Shown: piece after piece, positions 25,809 through 37,090 of the stretch
Position numbering within the stretch: position 1 is the stretch's first letter
Layout of the letters: each line of letters begins with the position of its first letter
NCBI RefSeq assembly: GCF_006345805.1
Contig: NC_043007.1
Coordinates: 59,086,001 to 59,150,000, forward strand
Direction of reading: 5' to 3'
DNA: 64,000 nt
Source of the DNA: Octopus sinensis
Taxonomy: Eukaryota
Notes under the pieces: generated by a model
The model's input: only the letters and a program-made list of their open reading frames with translations
Told to the model about the DNA's origin: nothing
Databases searched by the model: none
Program-made: the position numbers and the translations under genes

Positions 25809-26262
25809 CAGAGGCTCTTAACCATGTTTTACCTAGGGACCCCCTTGATTCCTATTTTACTCTGTTGGATCCCCATAACCATTCAATGTATATAGAAAAA
25901 ATCCTACTGTAATTTTATAATTAAATATTTTATTTCTTTATTGCCCACAGGGGGCTAAACATGGGACAAACAAGGATAGACAAAGGGATTAAATTGATAA
26001 CATGAACCCCAGTGCATAACTGGTACTTATTTAATCGATCCCAAAAGGATGAAAGGCAGTCAACTTTGGCAGAATTTGAACTCAGAACATAACAGCAGAC
26101 GAAATACTGCTAAGCACTTCGCCCGGCGTGCTAACGATTCTACCAGCTCACCGCCCTTTATAATTAAATATTATTAAGAATTGTATGAAAAAATTGTTAA
26201 CATATTTTGTGTATTTTACATGGACCTTCATGGGCCATAAAGACCCAAGTTGAAAACCACTG
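25809..26262. mobile_element. hAT-type MITE with a nested SINE
   Basis: Degenerate TIRs cagaggctcttaacc / agttgaaaaccactg; 8-bp TSD tattatgc / tataatgc. A family A SINE is inserted at about 25935-26160. Confidence 0.7.
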
Positions 26263-26489
26263 TATAATGCCATCATCATCAGCAGCATAATTATTATCAT
26301 CATTTTATGTACATTTTTCCATGCTGTCATGGTGTGACAGGTTTAGCCTCAAAGAAACCTATGATCAAGCTGGCAGAACCGTTAGCACACCAGACAAAAT
26401 GCTTAGTGGTATTTCATCTGACTTTATGTTCTGAGCTCAAATTATGCTGAGGTCGACTTTGCTTTTCATCCTTTTGGAATTAATAAAAT

Positions 26490-27705
26490 AAGTACAAATC
26501 AAACCAAATCAAAATAGATGAACATCAATGGAATTTGTATCTTTGTGGTACCAGTACCGGTGGCACACAAGAAAACCATCCGAATGTGGCCGTAGCCAGT
26601 ACCGCATCAACTGGCCTCTGTGATGTGGGCACATAACAAACACCATCCGATTGTGGCCGTCCGCCAGCCTCATCTGGCACCTGTGTCGGTGGCACATAAA
26701 AACACCAACCGAAGACCCGGCAAGACTAGTCAGGCCATAACCCGTGGCCCCTACTTGGGACGTAGTCAGTCCACCTGTGCATACCTTCCTTCCTTCTTGT
26801 GACACTTGTGAAGACCTGTGAAGACCTGTTGAGGCAAGTGAAAATCAAATCAAATCAGATCAAAATAGATGAACATCAATGGAATTTGTATCTTTGTGGT
26901 ACCAGTGCCGGTGGCACACAAGAAAACCATCCGAACATGGCCGTAGCCAGTACCGCGTCGACTGGCCTCCGTACTGTGGGCACGCAACAAACACCATCCG
27001 ATCGTGGCCGTTCGCCAGCCTCATCTGGCACCTGTGTCGGTGGCACATAAAAACACCATCCGAAGACCCGGCAAGACTAGTCAGGCCATAACCCGTGGCC
27101 CCTACCTGGGACGTAGTCAGTCCACCTGTGCATACCTTCCTTCTTGTGACACTTGTGAAGACCTGTTGAGGCAAGTGAAAATCAAATCAAATCAAAACAA
27201 ATCAAAATAGATGAACATCAATGGAATTTGTATCTTTGTGGTACCAGTGCCGGTGGTACCAGTGCCGGTGGCACACAAGAAAATCATCCGAACGTGGCCG
27301 TAGCCAGTACCGCATAGACTGGCCTCCGTGCTTTGGGGACGTAACAAACACCATCCGATCGTGGCCGTCCGCCAGCCTCATCTGGCACCTGTGTCGGTGG
27401 CACATAAAAACACCATCCGAGCGTGGCCGTCTGCCAGCCTCGTCTGGCACCTGTGTCGGTGGCACATAAAAACACCATCCGAGCGTGGCCGTTCGCCAGC
27501 CTCGTCTGGCACCTGTGTCGGTGGCACATAAAATCACCCACTACACTCTCGGAGTGGTTGGCGTTAGGAAGGGCATCCAGCTGTAGAAACACTGCCAGAT
27601 CTGACTGGCCTGGTGCAGCCTTCGGGCTCCCCAGACCCCAGTTGAACCGTCCAACCCATGCTAGCATGGAAAACGGACGCTAAATGATGATGATGATGAT
27701 GATGA
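26490..27705 (+). repeat. RTE 3' UTR with about 345-bp tandem triplication and internal 60-bp repeats
   Basis: aaaatagatgaacatcaatgg at 26511, 26862 and 27204; ends in the RTE tail and (GAT)n. Confidence 0.85.
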
Positions 27706-27885
27706 AGTACCAGTCAAGTACTGTGGTTGATGAAATTAACTTCCCCATCCCCTCAAAAACTGCTGGCCCTGTTCCAGAATTTGAAACATACAATATTTTA
27801 ATTAAAGGAGTAAATGAATGTCAGTAGATAGTCTATGACAGAGCAAAAATACCCACAAAAATCATTAAAAAATTTGGTAACTTAC

Positions 27886-27950
27886 CAGTTGTTGATACTC
27901 TGTAAATATTTTCCTGTATTCTGGATTATCTTCTGCTGAAGATCCAAACA
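27886..27950 (-). CDS. CFAP36: CFAP36 exon 2 (VFGSSAEDNPEYRKIFTEYQQL)
   Basis: Acceptor ttattag|TG, donor CTG|gtaagt; 65 nt, phase 1 to 0; joins exon 1 as G|TG = Val. Confidence 0.9.
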
Positions 27951-30900
27951 CTAATAATATATGATAGATTATGTTAATAAGTAAATAATGAAATTTTAAC
28001 AATGGTGTCTGTCCATCCATCCATACCAAACATACATACCATACCATACCATACCATGCATACAAATACATACATATATACATTACAAACACCATACATA
28101 TATACATTACAAACACCATACATAAATTCATACATACATCACATTATCACAATTTTATCACCAGGACGTGGTTCTAAACTTACTCGAGTCATGTTACTGC
28201 TCTTTTGGAATACCTGACTGCTATTCTCAGAGAATACTCTTAATGAGAGTTTTTGATTGCAGATTTCATATAAAATTTAATTATTTCTTGAAATGAGAAT
28301 GTTATTTTGGCTATCACTGAGAATTTCATTAGTGCTCTTACATACAGATTGCCTTCTACTATCAAATACAGTTTCACTGCTGCTGCTTTCAGACAAGATA
28401 TTTCTACTTCTGCTATCAAAGAGAATTTCAATCTGAATGATTTTAGTGAATTCACAAATGTTTTACAGTCTTGAAGGAAAAAAAAAAGTTTACTGTTTCA
28501 TTTTACTTCTCTCTGCAAAACTTTGATAATTATATGTGTTTTTTGTTACTGCTTTTTTTTCTGAGTTGAACATATTTCTGTAAGGAAAAGAGGTTTAGGA
28601 AATTAAAAATACCCCAGTATATCACTGATACTTTTTTTTATTGACCCCAGATTTATGATAACTTACATGAACCTTAGCAAGTTTGGAACTCAGAAAAAGT
28701 AAGGCACCCACCAGTGTAAATGCAATAATGAATAAGTAAATAAATAGGTACAGGCATGGCTGTGTGGCACTTTGGGCAACCAAGTTTAAGTGGATTTGGT
28801 AAGCGAAAACTGAAAGAAGCCCATTATATGGGTATGTATGTATGTGTGTGTGTGTGTGTATGTGTGTGTGTCTTTGTGTCTGTGTTTGTCCCCCCCACCA
28901 CCACTTGATAACCAGTGTTGGTATGTTTATGTCCCTGTAACTTAGTGGTTCAACAAAAAGAGACTGATAGGTTTAAATAAAAATGTACTGAGGTCAATTC
29001 GGTTGACTGCATGGCCGCAGTCTAACAACTGAAATAAGTAAAAGATAAACTCTTTACTCTTTTATTTGTTTCAGTCACTTGACTGCGGCCATGCTGGAGC
29101 ACCACCTTTAGTTGAGCAAATCGACCCCAGGACTTATTCTTTGTAAGCTTAGTACTTATTCTATCGGCCTCTTTTGCCGAACTGCTAAGTTACGGAGACG
29201 TAAACACACCAGCACCGGCTGTCAAGCAATGTTGGGGGGACAAACACAGGCACACACACATATATATACATATACATATATACGATGGGATTCTTTCAGT
29301 TTCCATCTACCAAATCTACTCACAAGGCTTTGGTCAGCCCGAGGCTATAGTAGAAGACACTTGCCCTAAGTGCCATGCAGTGGGATTGAACCCGGAACCA
29401 TGTGGTTGGTAAGCAAGCTACAGAAATACATCTATATGTATTTAGTTTCATTGTAGTATTAGGTTCCATGGAAGCTTTTTCGGCAGCTTGTGATAAGAAT
29501 TGCATTAAAGTAGAGCACAAGAGAATTAAGAGAGTGGTTTGGCTTTAAAAGCATCAACTGAAGTGTGCAGGAGACAACTGTATTGGTTTGGTCATGTGAT
29601 GTGAGGGTAGAGATGATTACAAGAGAACCAGGCTCTGAATAAAATTACTTGCAAGATGCCTGTATTCTATGGTAATGTCTGTCTTTCATCTGTTGTAGCT
29701 AGAGAAATTATGATTATGAAATCTTGCGCTTCATGAAAACACTTTCCTTTTTCTTTTTCATTTTATTCTCCATCATTACTGGAAGATGTCATGTAGTAGT
29801 GGAGCTTATTCCAGTTTTCCTATTAAAGTTATTGATAATGTAATTCTTCAGTTTGGATACTAAGCTAGTTTAGTGTAGATGTTACTTATTGGAAGATCTG
29901 AACATTTCAGATGGAAGTAAATTGAACACCAGTGAAATTCACCAAACAATGGTAGCTAAAATAAGAAATAACTAACACAACACCAATGATAGATCATGTA
30001 TCATTGACCTTTCAACTAGTAAGCTACTGAAAAAATCCTAGAAGCATTCAATTCTGTTCACTATCTACTCTTTGGTGGAGTGGAGATAACAGCTGCAAAA
30101 CAGAAATATGAATATGTCAAAGGGCTCTCATATAGATGCTTAATTTTGGATTGATGCCATTAAACAGAGCAGACCAAAAACTGCCTCTTGGATAAAATCC
30201 TATTTCATTGTAGGTAACACATTTAACTAAACTGTTACCTTGTCCCCTACAGCTAGGTACACTAAGGTATCTGGAATTAAGTACTCAAAAAAATAAAATA
30301 AAACATGGGTTCGATTTTGAAGATCTGTGATCTGGTATACTTTGAAATATACATTTAATAGATAGGATAAATTTTTAGCCATTGCTGTGATATGTAACTG
30401 AATACACTTGGACAAATGTTAAATGTATTTTGTATTTCTCTGGGGACAGAAAAAGAGGCATTGGAATCTCTTTAGCGACTGCACACCCACTTTTGTCCCT
30501 GGAGAGAGATATAACATAGTGCTTATTTATAACCAATGACTGCACCTATTTGGTTAGGCCAAGCTGCGCAAATCCTGTTTGTGCTGAGTACGTAGTCATA
30601 GAAAATTATTTAATCATTGATGCTCTAAACAGCATGTGCTTAAAGCCCCAATAATTAAATAATTGATTATAAGCCAGTGAAAACACTATGCACATTGGAA
30701 AACCGATTTTGTGAAGTTATATTTCGTAGTGAAAAACAACCATTAGTTATCTTTCACTGCAGATTGACGAATGAAAGTGTTTTGGCTTTCAAAAGACCTC
30801 AATTGAAACCAAGCTAAGCCTAGCCAACCCCTTTTTTCTGTCTACAGATAGATAAAGAAAGGGAGATAATGATTACATATGTTCAATCAATATCACAGCA

Positions 30901-31789
30901 ACAGCTAAAAACTTGTATATTACAAGATAAAATCTGTACATGAGACTGGCGAATATAAGTCGTCAATATACAAAAACAAAGTGAAAAGGAAAGAGGGGAG
31001 GAAAAATTTTCAATAGTCATTGACAACTACTGAAAAGGTAGCAAGATGCAATGAAAATTTTAGAAAAATATAAATAAGTAAATGAGTGGAAATCAACCAA
31101 GTGAGTGTATTAAGTAATAGGCCACTAAAAGAGAATGACTCTCCCCAGACACAATAAAATATGCTTCAAGACACGAATTCACATAAAGAATCTTGCAATC
31201 CAAATACAAAAACGAAATGAAATGATATAGTTATCAGATTAAATGCTTTGCTGTATTTAGTTTCGTCCACATGTGTTCAAAGTTTAGATCTCACAAGATT
31301 TCACTTTGCTTTCATCACTTCGAAGTCAATAAAATAGCTAGCAGTATGGTATTATTTGATCCTTTCACCTGCACGATTTTCACTAAGAAAAAAAAAACTC
31401 AGATTTTTTTGCATGGAATCAAGTACTCTGACCTCCTAATATGCTGCAAACCTCTTATTTTTGTTTGAAATAAAAAGTGTGTGTGTGTGTGTAGGACTGG
31501 ACATCCCTATATCCCGGAATCATGAGAATTTTTTTTTTCTTATCATTGAATGAATTCTGGCACCTTCTAATATGCTACAAAACCCTTTTTTGGGTCTGAA
31601 AAACGGGGTGGGGTGAGGTGGAAGCCTCGGAAATTTCACCCCCCCCACCTCCATTGATCTTTTCACCCATACGATTTTTACTAAGAAAAAAGAATACTTG
31701 GATTTTTTGCATGGAATCAAGTACCCTGGCACATGCATCAAAATCATATGTACATGACATAGGGATTTCATACCAAGATAAACAGTACA

Positions 31790-32164
31790 TGACCTTGTAG
31801 GTGAGGCCCAGTTAGAATTTTCTTCAGGTTGAGTAGCCCATCCCGCTCTGAATAAGGGTTATTTAGGATGTTGAACAAAACACCCATGTTTCTAAAGGTG
31901 AATTATCCAAACCCCCAAAGAATTCCTCTCAGCACATGGCTGTGATGTTCCACCACTACTTCTGCTCATGATCAGAGATGCACATATCGTCAATCTCTAA
32001 GGGACATCCTCAACTGGTTACGGTCAAACAACTGACAAGCAAATGTGTGGTATTGAGCAGAATATTTGCTGTAGCCCATCTTTTATACAAAACAATGTAC
32101 ATAACACTTCCAATCAGTTAAGATCAGAAGCCATGAGAGTCACTGCCTGGCACTGCATCAGGGC

Positions 32165-32200
<36 letters not shown>
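31790..32200 (+). mobile_element. Retroposon 3' end with (ATT)n tail
   Basis: Ends ctggcactgcatcagggcattt(att)n; no coding remnant recognised. Confidence 0.45.
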
Positions 32201-32202
<2 letters not shown>

Positions 32203-32358
32203 CGTCAGGGTCGACTTTACCTTTAATCCTTTCGGGGTCGATTAAATAAGTAATCGACTAATCCCCTTCACCGAAATTTCAGGCCTTGTGCCTATAGTAG
32301 AAAGAATGATGATGATGATGATTATAATAATCATAGTAATAATAATAATAATAATACA

Positions 32359-32540
32359 AGGCGGCGAGCTGGCAGAGACGTTAGCACGCCGAGCGAAATG
32401 TGTAGCCGTATTTCGTCTGCCGTTACGTTCTGAGTTCAAATTCCGCCGTGGTCGACTTTGCCTTTCATCCTTTCGGGGTCGATGTATTCGACTAGTTCCC
32501 TCTCCTCAAATTTCAAACTATGTGCCTATAGTAGAAAGAA
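32359..32540 (+). mobile_element. SINE family A (ggcggcgagctggcag head; gtcgactttgcctttcatcctttcggggtcga body)
   Basis: Further copies at about 6509-6686, 7118-7213, 13790-13980, 25030-25235, 26360-26490, 37140-37340, 39400-39598, 39619-39828 and 40880-41090. Confidence 0.8.
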
Positions 32541-32562
32541 TTATTATATATATATATATATA

Positions 32563-32961
32563 CTAGCAGTATCGCCCGGCGTTGCTCGGGTTTGTAAGGG
32601 AAATAACTATATAAGCATTTTTAGAGAGTTATAGCCAAAAAATAGCAAAAAAATGCATTAAAAATGGAAAACAAAATTATGGTAAATTATTTTTTAAATC
32701 GTTGACTCATCGTAGATATTTTTAGAGAGTTACTTCCCTTATATAATAGCGAAAAAAATGCATTCAAATGGAAAAAAATGATGGTAATTTTTTTTTAAAT
32801 CGTAGACTCATCGTAGATGCGCACTAATACCCAGAAGGGCTTGATATGAATTACGACTATAAGATACCCGGTTTTGGTTAAACTGCACCGCAAAATGTGG
32901 GAGTAGTTAGGAATCTAAATCGTAGGAGACAGACACACAACTTGACTTTTATATATAAAGA
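32563..32961 (-). mobile_element. Non-autonomous Helitron (399 bp)
   Basis: Minus strand reads A|TCTTTATATATAAA ... CCCG-AGCAACGC-CGGG hairpin, 8 nt, CTAG|T. Internal about 100-bp direct repeat. Confidence 0.85.
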
Positions 32962-32963
32962 TA

Positions 32964-34685
32964 TCGTCAATTAATGAAGTTACATTTTCGTTAACGATTT
33001 AACTTTTAAGTTAACTTTAAAAATCACTATCAGACTAATTAACTTCCGTTAACTCAAGTCTGTTAACCCCAAAATTTCTTTAAAACCTGCAAACGTTTAA
33101 AAGTTTCTATTGTTTTCAGATTGTCTTAGCATATTCAATATTGTACGCCACTTGTTATAAATAACTTGTATGGCCCACGATTGGCCCTGCCTGGATTTGA
33201 AACCAAATGCACCCGCTTGTTGCTTGCAAAGACGGCGAGAAATTTCTTTGTCCTGTCAAGAGGGAATAGTCCCTATCACCCCTCGCACCTTTCTGTTCTT
33301 GAAAAAAGTGGTTTGAGGCAGGTTTGGAGGTCAGATACATTGAATGCACACGAAAAAGACTGGAAAAGATTATTCCACACCGCGGTACGAAATATTTACC
33401 GAAATTTTAATTGATTCAAATGAATGTTCCTCATCTTCAAAAATGGCAAAATTTTTGTCGGTTGCCATAGCCACAAATCAAACAAGTAAGATGCATTAAG
33501 AATTTCAATTTTAGTGTTTATCCATAATGTTATTGTTCTTACACCTGTTAATTAAATTTACCTGCTCATAAAAGTCAAATTTACTCAGCAAGATCAGCTA
33601 AAATTACATAAATATATACCAGTGGTATATAAAGCACCCACAGACAAAATTTCAAATCTGTATGTAAAAAATTTACAAAGTTACAAGCAAATATTGTGGA
33701 TACCCCGCTTGAACCTGAATAATTAAAAATAGCGCGAACAAATAAGTATTACATTTGACAGATTAATATGAATACTAAAAATGCTTTTAGGTGTGTTTTT
33801 TCTTACACACACACAACACGGCCTCACTCGGGTGGGACTACACGTGTGTTACTTTGATACCATCATTCCATAAAATTTGCTTATGGGGAGAAAAGTATTG
33901 AAAAATATCAGCCAGATGGTCCTTATATGACACGTTTTCCTCTGAAATTATTAACATTAAAAAAATCCGAATATGTTTCTCTCACCGGTTTTAGGTGCAT
34001 AGTGTAAAGAAAAAAAAAGGTCAAAATCGTTTCGGACTGGGGTGATGAGGGGGTGGTGGGAATGAAAAAAATTTTCGAAAATTATTATTTTTATTCCGTG
34101 AAAAGATGCCTCTCATCATTCTGAAGACATTCGTGAAAAACACTGGAAAAAATCCCCGTCAAAACGGAAAAATTCCAACTTATGTGGGCCGTCTGATCCG
34201 AAACTCCATTTTCCAGAAATTCTTCCTCCCACTCCTCGCACCCTTCCAAAAACTTTGCCTACAAATTTCTTTGTATTCCTAATCTTCACAGTTTGAAAGT
34301 TTCTGTATAAAATTTCATTAAAAAATACCTATTTTCCAGAAAGTTATGAGGGGGAAAATGTCGGGTTCTGTGAATTTTCTGAAACTCCTCCCCACAACCC
34401 CTAAGAAAATTTTTTCCAAAAAATCTTTAAATATACTCAATCTACAGGATATAAGCGATTATTTGGTGAAAGTTTTGTTAAAAAGTATCCATTTTTCTAG
34501 AAGTTATGAGGCAACAAAATCGGTGGGGTATTAAACTGTAGTTATGCCTATTTTCTATTAAAAGTTAACGTTAACGGATTAACGTTAATTTCCGTTACAT
34601 TTTCAAAGGATTAACGAAGTTAACTCTTTGATAACGGATTAACGATTAACGATGTTGACTTTTCGATTAACGGCGCCCACCTCTG
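32964..34685 (+). mobile_element. Non-autonomous hAT-like DNA transposon with GTTAAC/TTAACG subterminal repeats
   Basis: Right end ttaacggcgcccacctctg (rc CAGAGGTGGGC). The left terminus is missing next to the Helitron. A second partial copy lies at 58312-58545 plus 60860-61073. Confidence 0.65.
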
Positions 34686-34699
34686 TATATATATATACC

Positions 34700-35782
34700 C
34701 ATTCTCCCTCTACATAGAAAATAACTGGAAGAGGTACCTGGACGACTGTTTCATTCTTTGGCATGAAAGTAAAGAGAGACTTAAAGAATTTAAAGCACTT
34801 ATAAATGGACTTGATGGAAACATTCAATTCACGATGGAAAATAGCCACCAACAACTTCCTTTCCTCGATATCCACATTAAGAAATCTAACAACGAAATAG
34901 AAACAAATATATACTATAAGCCCACGGACTACAAGCAATATCTACCGTTCAACTCATGCCATCCCAGACACGCTAGAATGAATATCCCCTTCAACCTAGC
35001 AAAAAGGATTTTTACTATAGTTTCTAATGCAAGCACCAGGGACACACGACTACATGAACTAAAGGATACACTCATCACCAGGAACTACCCACCATCACTA
35101 ATTGATTTCAACGTACCCTACAATTAAACATCCACGAACTCAGACATCCCAAATTAAAGAAGGATTTACCACCAAAAGCCCTACCATACATCTCCACACA
35201 CAACCCTCTTAACAATGAAGACTCCGACACCATCCTCCAAAACATTCCCCTACTAAAAAGGGACCACAGAATGAATTAAATCCTCCAAACGCACACCATC
35301 ACAAAGAGCAAAAGACAGCCCAAATCTATGAAAAGTCTCCTAACACAAGCCCGAATGCGTTCAACGACAACACTGAAGCCATCAGTAAAAAAATGCGGCA
35401 GACCTAACTGTGGTATAATCGTCAACCTAATTGAGGGATCAGAGTTCTTTTTCAAACAGAGCCAACGTTCCATAGTGAAAAGCAACTTCACATGTGTCGT
35501 GAGCAATACATACGCCAAACCCAAAACAGTCTACGTCAAAGGATGGCTCTGCACAGATCCCAGATCAAAATTCCGAAAAACAGAAAAATAGCATTCAGCG
35601 AACACATCGACTTTTGCACCAATGACAAACAACCCAGCTTCAGAACTTTCCCCCTCTATCAATTCAGGGATGATACAACCTGTAGTCAGCGCATTAATAA
35701 AGAATCATTCTTTATCACAAAATATAATCCCCTTTTTAATGCATCCACTACAAATGACACTATCACCAGGGCCTTAGAATAA
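34700..35782 (+). pseudogene. 5'-truncated Penelope-like RT plus GIY-YIG endonuclease
   Basis: WKRYLDDCFILW (RT YxDD), LPFLDI, YYKPTD..YL.F.SCHP, C.RP.C..., YI.QT..SLRQRM..H; several frameshifts and stops. Confidence 0.9.
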
Positions 35783-36405
35783 CAGACACGCAAATATTTA
35801 AAACGATATATTCAAAACAATCATTTCACATAAATTTATTCAGAACAATTCCAATCATTACTATTTCAACCGCAACGGGTCACTTTTAGTTCATTTGACC
35901 ATTTAAGAAGATTCTACCAACATCCTGCTACTGTCGTACCACTCCCGCATTTTTATCTTCTTCTTCGCCACCCCCTTTCTCTACTACTACTGCTTAAACA
36001 ATCAATGACAAGAATTCATATCAAACTAGCTGCTGCTAACTACCTTGAACCCACAAGAGTAAAAAAGAGAGACAGAGACAGACTATAAAAAGGAAATTGT
36101 CCCTTGCATTTGAAAACTGTGGAAATATTAAAAAAAAAAACATTTAATTTTTCCACAATTTAATTGTTTTTCATACTTTACTCTAAGTTGAAAAAGTCGC
36201 AAAGACTTAAACCAGTACTAAAATGTTCTTCATGATAAAATCATTTTAGTATTTTCTACCTTGTCTTATTTTCCTTATATATATGTGTATATATACACAC
36301 ACACACACACACACAAAAAAAAAACAACGTGGAAGATGTTTGTAAGCCATTCAAGAACACACAAAAACCGTTAGTTTCACTTTAATATTTAAATTTCATT
36401 AAATA

Positions 36406-36450
36406 ATCAAAATATTTTCGTCGCTTTGAAACCGCGACTTGTTCACTGAC
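36406..36450 (-). ncRNA. Minimal type I hammerhead with G3:C8 swapped core
   Basis: GTCA-GTGAACA-A-GTCGC(GGTTTCAAA)GCGAC-GAAA-ATAT-TT|TGAT. Confidence 0.6.
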
Positions 36451-36519
36451 AAAACTTGGCGCTGACGAAACTCTCGGACCTTGAGTCACTCTGTTGCTGC
36501 AGCTAAATATATATATATA

Positions 36520-37090
36520 TATATATAGGGAGAGTTTACGAAAAAAACCCACAAAAGACGAAGACAGGCGGCGTACAAAACAAACAGATGTATTAGTATA
36601 ATGCTCAGGAATAGAAAAAGTCTTCACGTTTGGAGCCTACGCTCTTCTACAGAAAGGGACAGAAAAAACAAGGAGAGAAAAATAAATATAAAAATAAAGT
36701 AATGACAAAAATGAGAGTTTTACGTAAAGTTCGAAGGTTTTTAGACGTCGTGGTGTATTGCAAGGATTTCTCATCAAGAGTAGAGTCCACTGTGATCCGT
36801 AGGTAGGAGAGGTGCAGCCGGAGGGTAAGTATCCAAACAAATCCGTAAATGGTAGATGAAGAGTAGGTAAAGAGTCCAGTGGAAAAGATCGTAGTGGTAA
36901 GAAAAGATAGGATCAACGTGTGCGACCACGCGAGCGTGTGATATATATAGGGAGAGTTTACGAAAAAAACAAAAGACGAAGACAGGTGGAGTACAAACAA
37001 ACAGATGTATTAGTATAACGCTCAGGAATAGAAAAAGTCTTTTACGTTTCGAGCCTACGCTCTTCTACAGAAAGGGACACAGAAAAAACA
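36520..37090 (-). mobile_element. About 150-bp direct repeats each carrying a minimal hammerhead (retrozyme / pLTR-like)
   Basis: Repeats at about 36520-36670 and 36945-37090; homologous cleavage positions are 418 nt apart. Confidence 0.6.
37037..37078 (-). ncRNA. Minimal type I hammerhead, U6 core variant
   Basis: GTCCCTTT-CTGTAGA-A-GAGC(GTAG)GCTC-GAAA-CG-TA|AAAGAC; palindromic ACGU stem III. Confidence 0.6.

Noticed and set aside
26490-27705. CRISPR-like array
   Set aside because: Eukaryotic retroelement UTR repeats with no unique spacers and no cas genes.
30227-30415. ORF MAKNLSYLL... as CFAP36 exon 1
   Set aside because: No BART similarity and wrong phase; the exon at 41463-41565 fits.
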